From: Gemmata obscuriglobus
Lineage (GTDB): Bacteria > Planctomycetota > Planctomycetia > Gemmatales > Gemmataceae
DNA: 32,000 nt
Assembly: GCF_008065095.1 (NCBI RefSeq)
Contig: NZ_CP042911.1
Span: 300,001-332,000 of the forward strand
Direction of reading: 5' to 3'
Made by a program: the position numbers and the translations under genes. Below the pieces are notes generated by a model. It searched no databases, was not told the DNA's origin, and was given only the letters and a program-made list of their open reading frames with translations. Below, one piece after another: positions 7,626-15,840 of this stretch; positions within the stretch are counted from its first letter, which is position 1; each line of letters opens with the position of its first letter.

Positions 7626-8048
7626 ATGGAAACCGCCACACGACCTAAGAACTTCGTTGAAGGTGAAAATTACCCCTCGCCGGTCACGCACGTCATCGGG
7701 CTGGATTACTGCGACGGTCTTGTTTCCGGTCTGCTGAAAACGGTTGACGGCTCGGCTTACACGTTCGAGATGGTCGAAGAGGAGCGCAACCCGGACGGTC
7801 TCGACTTCCGCACATACGAGCTGACGCCGCTGCCCGCCGACACGTTCGACCAGGTCACAGAGTTGCTCGAACGGCACCTCGGCCCGCGGCGGCCGTACTG
7901 GGTACCGGTCTGGACGTTCCCGTCCGGTGACGCGCAAGCCGCAACGGAAGCGGCCCTCGATCGTGCGCTCGTCGCGAACGGTAAACCGTCTTGGCGAGTT
8001 GCTGCGACCGATCTCACCGAGACGGTTTCCGCGGCGCACACGAGTTGA
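7626..8048 (+). CDS. Hypothetical 140-aa acidic protein, second gene of the cassette
   Basis: ATG 7626 (METATRPKNF) is the internal M15 of track ORF 7584-8048. It is tightly coupled to the upstream gene. I recognise no motif. Confidence 0.6.
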   Translation: METATRPKNFVEGENYPSPVTHVIGLDYCDGLVSGLLKTVDGSAYTFEMVEEERNPDGLDFRTYELTPLPADTFDQVTELLERHLGPRRPYWVPVWTFPSGDAQAATEAALDRALVANGKPSWRVAATDLTETVSAAHTS

Positions 8049-8054
8049 CGTGCA

Positions 8055-8714
8055 ATGCCCCTCGTCTTCGAACCCTACCCCGAGCAGGTTAAGGTGTGGC
8101 CCAAGGACGGCCGTCACATTCTCGCGCAGTTCGACCACGACAGCGTCGTCGTGTACCAGGCGTACAGCCCCGCCATCGGCCGGTACGCGATCGAGCACGG
8201 GCGCTTCGGCGGTGCCTTCAGCTTCGAGCGCATGAGCTGGATCAAGCCGAACTTCCTGTGGATGATGTACCGCTCCGGTTGGGGCACGAAAGAAAACCAG
8301 GAAGTCACCCTCGCGCTCCGGTTGCGGCGGGCCTTCTTTGAGTCGCTCCTCGCGGAAGCGGTTCCTTCGACCTGGGACCGCGACCTGTTCGCCACGTTCG
8401 AAGAGTGGTCGCGGGCGGTGGGCCGCTCGGCGGTGCGGCTCCAGTGGGACCCGGACCACCACCCGTCGGGCGCGAAGCTCGACCGCCGGGCGATCCAACT
8501 CGGCCTGCGCGGGCGCGTACTCGAAGCGTTCGGAACGACGGAACTGCTCGAAGTGATCGACCTGTCCGAGTTCGTTGCCCAGCAACGCGAGCTACTCGCG
8601 GCGCGGGGCACGTCCGCGCTAATAACACCCCGCGAGCGGGTGTACTCGCCGACGGATCCGGCGATTGCCGCGCAGTTACGACTCGCGGTTCCGCCTCACG
8701 GCACGAACCAGTAG
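8055..8714 (+). CDS. DUF4291 domain protein
   Basis: The ATG is 6 nt after the previous stop. The stretch FSFERMSWIKPNFLWMMYRSGWGTK, as I remember it, is characteristic of DUF4291 (function unknown). Confidence 0.7.
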   Translation: MPLVFEPYPEQVKVWPKDGRHILAQFDHDSVVVYQAYSPAIGRYAIEHGRFGGAFSFERMSWIKPNFLWMMYRSGWGTKENQEVTLALRLRRAFFESLLAEAVPSTWDRDLFATFEEWSRAVGRSAVRLQWDPDHHPSGAKLDRRAIQLGLRGRVLEAFGTTELLEVIDLSEFVAQQRELLAARGTSALITPRERVYSPTDPAIAAQLRLAVPPHGTNQ

Positions 8715-9379
8715 TACACCCCGACCGTCAGCAGGGTGCCCAGCACAAAGAGGACCGCGCCCTTCTTGCCGCGGCTCTTCAGCGACCACCACATGATGAG
8801 CCCGGTCGCGGAGATGACGAGCAGCATCACGCAGGTGCCGTCGATCACGAAGCTCCACACCATCCCGGTGCGCTTCACCTCGTTGCTCATGTTGCCGCGG
8901 TTGCCGCGGTGCAGGTCGGTCAGCAGGACGGCCCACCCCTGGTACACCGACACCACCTCGGTCCGGGCGGTCTCCGCGTCGATCGTCGCAACCGCCTCCC
9001 CGCCGGCCCGCTTGAACTCCACCTTGATTTGAGGCCTGTTGTCGTCGTCCTTCGTGAACAGGAACGAACTCATCTCGCCGCTGATGCCGAACTCCTTGCG
9101 CAGCGCCTCCACCACCGCGAGTTTCTCGTCCCCGGTCGCCTCGTCGCGGTCCTCGGACGGAGCCGGCATCTTCCCGCCGGGCATCTTGTCGAGCGGGAGC
9201 GTGCGGGTCTCGCGCCGGGTCTGCGCCTCGAGCCGCGCGTCGCTCGGCAGGAACCACTCCGTGTGGTTCAGCATGAAGCCCGTGACCGCGAAAAAGAGGA
9301 TCAGCGTTAAGCCGAACAGCGTGAGGTACACGTGGATCGTGCGCGCGGTCTTGAGCAGCCAGCGTTGGAATCGCGACAT
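8696..9379 (-). CDS. PepSY-associated TM-helix (PepSY_TM-like) membrane protein
   Basis: Start ATG 9379 (MSRFQRWLLKTARTIHVYLTLFGL..). There are N- and C-terminal TM helices, a TDLHRG motif and a soluble middle domain. It sits downstream of the ApbE-DUF2271 gene on the same strand. Confidence 0.75.
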   Translation of the reverse strand: MSRFQRWLLKTARTIHVYLTLFGLTLILFFAVTGFMLNHTEWFLPSDARLEAQTRRETRTLPLDKMPGGKMPAPSEDRDEATGDEKLAVVEALRKEFGISGEMSSFLFTKDDDNRPQIKVEFKRAGGEAVATIDAETARTEVVSVYQGWAVLLTDLHRGNRGNMSNEVKRTGMVWSFVIDGTCVMLLVISATGLIMWWSLKSRGKKGAVLFVLGTLLTVGVYYWFVP

Positions 9380-9416
9380 GTGTGATGCGTCGGTGGGGCA
9401 GGAAGACAACAAGAAC

Positions 9417-9539
9417 AATGGCCGCAACGAAGCACAAAAGCACACAAGGGAGCAGAAGACGAAGACAACAGAGTTGGGTTGAACTCACTCTTTCGTTCTC
9501 TGCCTCTTTTTGCACCTTTTGTGCTTCGCCGCGGCCATT
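9417..9539. repeat. Long imperfect palindromic element of the same family as 5414-5511, lying inside an operon spacer
   Basis: Arms are AATGGCCGCAACGAAGCACAAAAG (9417-9440) and CTTTTGTGCTTCGCCGCGGCCATT (9516-9539), complementary at 22 of 24 positions. The interior is partly self-complementary. The left half is purine-rich. It fills most of the 171-nt gap between the 9551 stop and the 9379 start. Confidence 0.8.
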
Positions 9540-9550
9540 TCATCGCGTGT

Positions 9551-11110
9551 TTATTTCTTTCCGACCTTCTTGAACTCCACCACCGTCTCCGCGGCCTCGG
9601 TGTTCTTGTCCAGTTTCACCACCGCCGGCTTGTCCTTGCACTCGATCTCGCCGCGCTGGGTGACGTCGTCTCCGAACTCGCGGTGGACCTCCACCCGCAC
9701 CACGTACTTGCCCTGCGACACCGGGTTGCCCTTGTCGTCCTTGCCGTCCCACGCCAGGTCGTACTTCCCGGGGCCGCGGGTCGCACGCGCCACCGCCTTC
9801 ACCAGATCGCCGTCGCCTTTCCCGATCTTCCACCAGTCGCGCAGGGTCTTCAGGTACTTCGGTGCGTTCCCCCACACCGCGAGCGTCTTCACGGCCTTGC
9901 CCTGATCGTCCTCGATCCAGATCGCGGTGTACGGCTTGCGGTAGCGCTTCGCCTCGACCTTGGGCAGTTCCACCGCAACCGTCACCTGGAAACCCGCGGG
10001 CCACGGATCGGCCTTCTTCTCGTCCTTCTTATCTTGCGGGAGCGCGAAGCGGGCCGGAGCCGGCTCGAACAGCTTCAGCCCCGGGCTGCGGATCTGTTTG
10101 CCATCCGACGTGATGATGAGGCACGCCGCGCCGGGCACACCGGCCACCAGTTTCAGCCCCTCTTCCGGCTTCAGCACGCAAAGGGTCGTGGCCAGCGCGT
10201 TCGCGGTCACGTTGTTGTTCGCAACCACGGTCGCGCTGCTCACGCCCTCCGCGGGGCGTCCGGTGCGCGGGTCGAATATGTGCGAGTACCGCTTCCCGTC
10301 GATCGTGTAGAACCGCTGGTAGTCGCCGCTGGTAGCGACCGCCTGATTCGTCACCCGGAGGCCCGCGACCGGCGCGGCGTTGTCGAACGCCATAAACGGG
10401 TTCTGCACCCCCACCGCCCAGCCCGTGCCGCCCGGGGGCGAGCCGAACGCGAGGATGTCGCCGCCAAGGTTGATCAGCAGCGCCGTGACCGCCGGGTGCG
10501 CCTTTCGCACCGCGTCCGCGGCCTTCGCGATGATGTACCCTTTGCCCACCGCGTTCAGGTTGAGCGGCTGGTCGGTGAGCCGCGTTACGGTGCTCGCGTC
10601 GGTGTCGAGCTTGAAACCCGGCCTCTTGAGGTCGGCAGCGATGCGATCGAGCACGACCGCTTCGGGAACGCGCCCCGCCCGCTCGCCCTCCTTCCACACG
10701 CGCACGAGGTCACCCACCTGCCCGTGAAACGCGCCGCCGGACTTCAACTGCCACTGCTCGTAAGCCCTCAGCACCTCGATCAGTTCGTGCGACACCGGCA
10801 CGGGCTCGCGGGTGCGGTTCACCTTGCTGATTTCGGTCGCGGGGTCGTAGGTACTCAGGATCGTGCGCAGCCGCTCGACCTCGTTGAGTACCGTCAGCTC
10901 TGCGGCTTCTGCCGTCGGCTCGTCCGGCGCGACCACGCACAAGTCGAGCGACGTGCCGATGACGTGGTCGCGGTGGAACTCGAACTCGATCACGTTCTGT
11001 GCGTCGGCGGCGCGGGGGCGGGTGTCGGCTCCGTGACCGCCCGGCGCAACACAAACCGCCACGGCGGTCAGTAGTAGAAGCACGCGGGCGCGCGGCGCGA
11101 CGACGCTCAT
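9551..11110 (-). CDS. apbE: FAD:protein FMN transferase (ApbE) fused to a C-terminal DUF2271 domain; exported
   Basis: Signal-like N-terminus MSVVAPRARVLLLLTAVAVCVAPG. ApbE motifs: LNLNAVGKGY, ATSGDYQRFYTIDGKRYSHIFDPRTGRP. C-terminal DUF2271-like segment: YRKPYTAIWIEDDQGKAVKTLAVWG...VKAVARATRGPGKYDLAWDGKD..GKYVVRVEVHRE. Confidence 0.85.
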   Translation of the reverse strand: MSVVAPRARVLLLLTAVAVCVAPGGHGADTRPRAADAQNVIEFEFHRDHVIGTSLDLCVVAPDEPTAEAAELTVLNEVERLRTILSTYDPATEISKVNRTREPVPVSHELIEVLRAYEQWQLKSGGAFHGQVGDLVRVWKEGERAGRVPEAVVLDRIAADLKRPGFKLDTDASTVTRLTDQPLNLNAVGKGYIIAKAADAVRKAHPAVTALLINLGGDILAFGSPPGGTGWAVGVQNPFMAFDNAAPVAGLRVTNQAVATSGDYQRFYTIDGKRYSHIFDPRTGRPAEGVSSATVVANNNVTANALATTLCVLKPEEGLKLVAGVPGAACLIITSDGKQIRSPGLKLFEPAPARFALPQDKKDEKKADPWPAGFQVTVAVELPKVEAKRYRKPYTAIWIEDDQGKAVKTLAVWGNAPKYLKTLRDWWKIGKGDGDLVKAVARATRGPGKYDLAWDGKDDKGNPVSQGKYVVRVEVHREFGDDVTQRGEIECKDKPAVVKLDKNTEAAETVVEFKKVGKK

Positions 11111-11505
11111 GGCGAATGCCCTCGGGTAAAAGTGGAGGATAGTCTCTTTTAAACGACGCCTCGCTTGAGGTGAAGACTCTCAGCGAAGTTTCATTGCCGC
11201 ACCGGTCAAACTGCTCGTGTTGCTCTGCCGGTCACGTGTGTAAGTTTTACACCCCGCTGTTGGGGAGGTCCGCTTGTACTTATTACACCGGACGCGCGGC
11301 TCTCGTACCAAATCCCACCAAGTGCCGAATCCCGAAGCACCGTCACGGCCGGACTTTGCGCCCGGACATTTCGCGACTCACCGGCCACCGAACATTCCCG
11401 GCACACCGGTTGCGGTTAGACTTCTGACGACCCTTGCTTCGCTCGCTTTTCGGCCGGACTCAAGACGAGAACGGCCGGTCGTCATTATCAACGGAGGTCA
11501 AGGGA

Positions 11506-12543
11506 ATGACTCTTCGTCGGCAGCTCAGCGCGCTCGTTGCGGTGCTCTTCGTACCCGCATTCGCGTCCGCCGCGACCTACGACACCGTGAACTTCCGCAC
11601 CGAAGCCCCGACCGCGCGGCTGGCGAAGGAGTTCGGTGATAAAGCCGAGGAGTACCGCCGGGAAAAGGCGCTCGAGTGGACCGGGCGCGAGATGCCCCAG
11701 TGGCCCAGCCGCTGTCCGCTCCAGGTGCAAATCACCCAGGGCTCTGCGGGCGGTGCGACCACGTTCACCTTCGGTCAAGAAGGCGGCCGGTCGGTCGTCA
11801 CGAGCATCCGCATGGAGATCCGCGGCGACGCGACCCAGCTCCTCAACAGCGTGCTGCCGCACGAAGTCACCCACACGGTCCTCGCGAACTACTTCGGGCG
11901 CCCGGTGCCCCGCTGGGCCGACGAGGGCGGTAGCGTGCTCTCCGAAAACGACGACGAGCGGTTCAACCACAACGTCCGCTGCCGGGAGCTGCTGAACGCG
12001 GGCCGCGGCATCCGGTGCCGGGTGCTGTTCCGCATGACCGAGTACCCGAAGGACATGATCGTCCTGTACGCCCAGGGCTACTCGGTCTCGCACTTCCTCG
12101 TTGCCAAGGGCGGCGACGGCCGCGAGGGGCGGCTGAAGCTCCTCCAGTTCCTCGGCACGGGGATGCAGGGCAACAGCGCGGAGAGCTGGAACGCCGCGGC
12201 TCACAAGGTGTACGGGTTCGAGTCGGTGGACGAACTCGAAGAGGCGTGGCTGACGTCCCTGAAGACCCCGCCCACGCGGGTCGTCGCTCGCGACACGACC
12301 CCGCCCGCGGGCCAACCGACCAGCGCCCGGAGCCCGCGGACCGAACTCCGCACGTCGGCGGCGCCGGCGGTGCCGGTGCTGGAAGCGCCGGTGCGGGTCC
12401 GCGGCGCAACGCCGGACCGCGAGCCGAGTCGCCCGTCGTACCTGCCCGAACACGGCAGCACGCCAGTGGCGAAGCCGGCCACGCCGAACCTGCCGGTCCC
12501 GGAATTGCTCCCGCCGGAACTCCCGCGTCCGGTTTCGCCGTAA
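11506..12543 (+). CDS. Exported zinc-metallopeptidase-like protein (HExxH, Peptidase_MA-like) with a Pro-rich C-terminal tail
   Basis: ATG 11506 is preceded by GGAGG (11494-11498). Signal peptide MTLRRQLSALVAVLFVPAFASA. Motif LPHEVTHTVL...RWADEGGSVLSE. Confidence 0.7.
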   Translation: MTLRRQLSALVAVLFVPAFASAATYDTVNFRTEAPTARLAKEFGDKAEEYRREKALEWTGREMPQWPSRCPLQVQITQGSAGGATTFTFGQEGGRSVVTSIRMEIRGDATQLLNSVLPHEVTHTVLANYFGRPVPRWADEGGSVLSENDDERFNHNVRCRELLNAGRGIRCRVLFRMTEYPKDMIVLYAQGYSVSHFLVAKGGDGREGRLKLLQFLGTGMQGNSAESWNAAAHKVYGFESVDELEEAWLTSLKTPPTRVVARDTTPPAGQPTSARSPRTELRTSAAPAVPVLEAPVRVRGATPDREPSRPSYLPEHGSTPVAKPATPNLPVPELLPPELPRPVSP

Positions 12544-12564
12544 GCCAACGTCCGAAGTAGCATC

Positions 12565-12608
12565 AAACGCGAGCCGGCCCGGAGGTTACTCCGGGCCGGC
12601 TCGCGTTT
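12565..12608. terminator. Bidirectional intrinsic-terminator-like hairpin (perfect 20-bp stem, loop GTTA, flanked by AAA/TTT)
   Basis: AAACGCGAGCCGGCCCGGAG-gtta-CTCCGGGCCGGCTCGCGTTT, between convergent genes ending at 12543 and 12621. Confidence 0.75.
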
Positions 12609-12620
12609 GCAGTGGGGCGT

Positions 12621-13067
12621 TCAAAAGGCGCACACGAACTGGCGCTCCGGCCCCAAGAGTTGAAAGAAGCAGCGGCTCAGAACGTCCACGCCGAGGAGCG
12701 CTTCGAGCCCCTCGTCCGCGTGCCAGCAGTCCGCCGCCATGACCCGCATGTCCGCGAGCGGGTGCGCCGAGCCGTTCGCGACCAGCGCGAGCGACACGTC
12801 GTAAATGTCGCTCGCGTGCGGGGCGTGTGCGGGCGTCGAAGGCGTCACCACCTCAAGGGTCGAGACGGGCGCCAGGTCGAGCGCCCGGAACACGCGCGGG
12901 GCGAACCCGGAGATCGAGGCGCCGGTGTCGAGCAGCGCGCGAACGAACACCGGCGCGGGCACCGGGAACCCGTTCCGTTCGAGCAGGACGCGGCGCCGGT
13001 CGCTCACGGCCACGCGCACGTCCACGATCGCCCACCCGTCGGTCAGCGCCCCGCTCACATACGGCAT
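12621..13067 (-). CDS. Retropepsin-like (clan AA) aspartic protease
   Basis: 148 aa with the LLDTGAS active-site signature. The ATG at 13067 lies 13 nt inside the 3' end of the upstream small gene. Confidence 0.75.
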   Translation of the reverse strand: MPYVSGALTDGWAIVDVRVAVSDRRRVLLERNGFPVPAPVFVRALLDTGASISGFAPRVFRALDLAPVSTLEVVTPSTPAHAPHASDIYDVSLALVANGSAHPLADMRVMAADCWHADEGLEALLGVDVLSRCFFQLLGPERQFVCAF

Positions 13068-13297
13068 CGCAGCGCCCGCGAGAAGTACCGCGGTTCTTCG
13101 CGGTCGGTGACTTCCTTGACCAGGAACGGGGTCAGCCCGAATTGATCATATCCGGCCGCAAGCGCTTCCTCAAACGTCGGGTAGCACCCGGCCACAACAG
13201 CACCGTGAACCAGTGCGAACGCCCCCCGGTTGCCGGGAACGGTGAGGAGCGCGGACAGTTCGCGCCGGAACGTTTCCAGTTCGTTTTCGAGTGCCAC
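13055..13297 (-). CDS. Small (80 aa) hypothetical protein, translationally overlapped with the aspartic protease gene
   Basis: GTG start. The translation is protein-like: MALENELETFRRELSALL...FEEALAAGYDQFGLTPFLVKEV. I recognise no family. Confidence 0.55.
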   Translation of the reverse strand: MALENELETFRRELSALLTVPGNRGAFALVHGAVVAGCYPTFEEALAAGYDQFGLTPFLVKEVTDREEPRYFSRALRCRM

Positions 13298-13611
13298 AGC
13301 CGCTCACTTTACCACTGATGAGAGTGCGGAACCTCTTTCGACATTCTCGCCGAACGTCGCAGAACACAAAAGAGCACGCCCCGGGCCTTCCCAACTTCAC
13401 CCGCCCGCCGCACTCACCCACCCGGCCCAGGCGAAACGACTCGCACGAGCGCGCCAAAGCGAACACGGATCGCGGCCAGTCGCGCACAAGTCCGTGTCAC
13501 CGCATCGGAACTCATCGCCCGCCCCTCATGCGATGCGAGCCGCGCCGCCCGGCGCAAGATTTGCGAGCTGAAGCGCCTATTTGATGCCCATACGCCCTCT
13601 TTGGTGATGTC

Positions 13612-15789
13612 ATGCCGTACCCCGGTTCGAGACTTTTCCCCGCCGCTCTCCTCGGCGGGTTAACGGTCTGTGTCGCGCTCGCCGGCTCACCCGCTCAGGA
13701 GCCGATCCCGCTCCGCACACCCGGAGCGCAACCGAACGCCCCACCCGATCCGAACGCCCTCCCCGAAGGCACGGAGGTGCTCGCGAAAGGTCCGGTCCAC
13801 GAGGCGTTTGCCACAACCGCCGAGGCGCCCGCCGCGGCGGCGGTGGTAACCAAGCAGCCGCCGGAACCGATCGAAGAGCTGCCGCCGGATCAGAAGCCCG
13901 AGGGCGAGAACGTTCAGTGGATTCCGGGGTACTGGGGCTGGGACGAGGACAACGAGCAGTTCCTCTGGGTGAGCGGGTTCTGGCGCGATCCCCCTCCCGG
14001 GCGCCTCTGGGTGCCGGGGTCGTGGCGTGAAGTTCGGGGCGGCTGGCAGTGGGTCGCAGGGTTCTGGCAAGAGCCGAACCGAGAGCAGCCGACGCAACCC
14101 GAAATCGAGTACCTGCCCGAGCCGCCGGTATCGTTGGAAGCCGGACCGAGCGTCGCGGCCCCCACGGCAACGAGCTTCTACGTGCCGGGGTCGTGGGTGT
14201 GGCGCAACAAGTACGTGTGGCGCCCCGGGGTGTGGATCGAGTACCGCCCCAACTGGGTGTGGGTGCCGGCGCACTTCTGCCGCACGCCCGTCGGGTTCGT
14301 GTTCGTGGACGGCTACTGGGACTACACGCTGGCCCAGCGCGGCGTGCTGTACGCGCCGGTTACGTTTCCGCGAGCGGTCCTCACCCGCCGCGGGTTCGTC
14401 TACACCCCGGTGTACGTGGTCAGTGAGCCGGCGCTGGTCGGCGCGCTGTTCGTGCGCCGCGGGCACACGCACTACTATTTCGGCGACTACTTCGAACCGC
14501 GGTACGTCACCCGCGGCTACAACCCGTGGGCTGGACGGGTAGTTAACACCACGTTCACGATCGGGTTCGGAGCCGGCCGCAACTGGGGCTACGATCCGCT
14601 CTGGGCGCACTACGCGGCCGCCAACCGCAACAACCGCGCCTGGAACACGCGCGTCAACGACCTGTACACGGGGCGCTACACCGGGAACGTGGCGCGCCCG
14701 CCGGTGAGCCTCACGCAGCAAAACACCGTCATTAACCAGATCACGCAGACCAACGTCACCAACGTGACCAACAACGTCACGGTCGTGAACAACAACGTCA
14801 CGGTGAACAAGCAGAACGTGACCGATGTGGCGATGGTGGCCCCGGCCCGGTTGGCAAGAGATCTGCAACCCGAGGCGCGCATCCGACCGATCAGCGCCGA
14901 GGTCCGCAAAACCGAAGCGCAGGCGGCGAGACTGACACGCGACTTTGCGGTCCAGCGCACGAAGGTGGAAACCGCAGCGGTTGCGAAGCAACCGACCCCG
15001 AAAGTCGCGGACCCCAAGGCCCCTTCAACCGTGCAACCACGCACACTGAAGCTGGACGTGCCGAAGGAGGTGGTTGCGCGGACGCAAACGAGGGACGAAA
15101 AGAAAGTGCCGCCACCGCCCGCGTTCAAGGCCGAGCCGAAGGGCAATCCGAAACTCGACCCGACCCCGAAATTGAATCCGAAGGTCGAGCCGAAAACGGA
15201 CCCCAATCCGAAGGTCGAACCGAAGACGAACCCCAAGATCGACCCGAAAATGGAGCCGAAGGTCGAGCCCAAGCCTGAACCGAAAATTGAGCCGAAGCCC
15301 AAGACGGACCCGAAGGCCGAGCCCAAACCCAAAACCGCCCCAAAGGCTGAACCGAAACCGAAAGCCGACCCCAGTCCGAAGGGCGAGCCGAAGCCGAAGG
15401 AGCAACTTCCCGATCCGAAGTCCAAGGTTGAACCGAAAAAGGGCGAGCCCGTTCCGAATCCGAAAGCGGACCCGAAGCCTAAGGAGCCGGTGCCGCTCCC
15501 CACGCCCAAGACCGAACCGCCTAAGGTCGAACCCAAAACGCCGGTGCCGCCGCTCCCGCCGAAGGTGGACCCGAAGCCCAAAGACCCGACCCCACAGCCG
15601 AAACCGAAAGGAGAGCCGCCCAAGGTCGAGCCCAAAACGCCGGCGCCGCAACCGCCGAAAGTAGACCCAAAGCCGAAAGACCCAGCCCCGATTCCGGCCC
15701 CGCAACCCAAGACACCGGCACCGCCCCCGAAGGCTGAGTCCAAAGGGCCACCGTCACCGCCGCCAAAGGGCGAACCGAAGAAAGACTGA
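13612..15789 (+). CDS. Exported multi-module protein: signal peptide, WxxGxW/YxWGxW-type Trp repeats, an N-V-T cluster, and a roughly 220-aa Pro/Lys-rich tail
   Basis: ATG 13612. Signal peptide LLGGLTVCVALAGSPAQ. Trp repeats WIPGYWGWDEDNEQFLWVSGFWRDPPPGRLWVPGSWREVRGGWQWVAGFWQ and YVPGSWVWRNKYVWRPGVWIEY. N-V-T cluster NVTNVTNNVTVVNNNVTVNKQNVT. Then xEPKxxPK repeats. Confidence 0.8.
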   Translation: MPYPGSRLFPAALLGGLTVCVALAGSPAQEPIPLRTPGAQPNAPPDPNALPEGTEVLAKGPVHEAFATTAEAPAAAAVVTKQPPEPIEELPPDQKPEGENVQWIPGYWGWDEDNEQFLWVSGFWRDPPPGRLWVPGSWREVRGGWQWVAGFWQEPNREQPTQPEIEYLPEPPVSLEAGPSVAAPTATSFYVPGSWVWRNKYVWRPGVWIEYRPNWVWVPAHFCRTPVGFVFVDGYWDYTLAQRGVLYAPVTFPRAVLTRRGFVYTPVYVVSEPALVGALFVRRGHTHYYFGDYFEPRYVTRGYNPWAGRVVNTTFTIGFGAGRNWGYDPLWAHYAAANRNNRAWNTRVNDLYTGRYTGNVARPPVSLTQQNTVINQITQTNVTNVTNNVTVVNNNVTVNKQNVTDVAMVAPARLARDLQPEARIRPISAEVRKTEAQAARLTRDFAVQRTKVETAAVAKQPTPKVADPKAPSTVQPRTLKLDVPKEVVARTQTRDEKKVPPPPAFKAEPKGNPKLDPTPKLNPKVEPKTDPNPKVEPKTNPKIDPKMEPKVEPKPEPKIEPKPKTDPKAEPKPKTAPKAEPKPKADPSPKGEPKPKEQLPDPKSKVEPKKGEPVPNPKADPKPKEPVPLPTPKTEPPKVEPKTPVPPLPPKVDPKPKDPTPQPKPKGEPPKVEPKTPAPQPPKVDPKPKDPAPIPAPQPKTPAPPPKAESKGPPSPPPKGEPKKD
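15121..15786 (+). repeat. In-frame degenerate tandem repeats encoding (E/D)PK-type units, with a larger internal duplication (EPPKVEPKTP..PPKVDPKPKDP, two copies)
   Basis: Recurring gagccgaag / gacccgaag / ccgaaggtcgagcc strings. This is coding low-complexity sequence, not a CRISPR array. Confidence 0.8.
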
Positions 15790-15794
15790 TAGGC

Positions 15795-15840
15795 CCACTT
15801 CGGGCGGGACGCCAAGAGGCGTCCCGCCCGAAGTGGTTTT
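15795..15840 (+). terminator. Intrinsic terminator (19-bp stem, loop AAGA, TTTT tail)
   Basis: CCACTTCGGGCGGGACGCC-aaga-GGCGTCCCGCCCGAAGTGG-TTTT, 6 nt after the 15789 stop. Confidence 0.85.

Noticed and set aside
15121-15786. Possible CRISPR-like or satellite array, because of the periodic gagccgaag / gacccgaag strings
   Set aside because: The periodicity is in frame within a long exported protein (EPK/DPK units). The units are short, degenerate and lack unique spacers, so this is not a CRISPR array.
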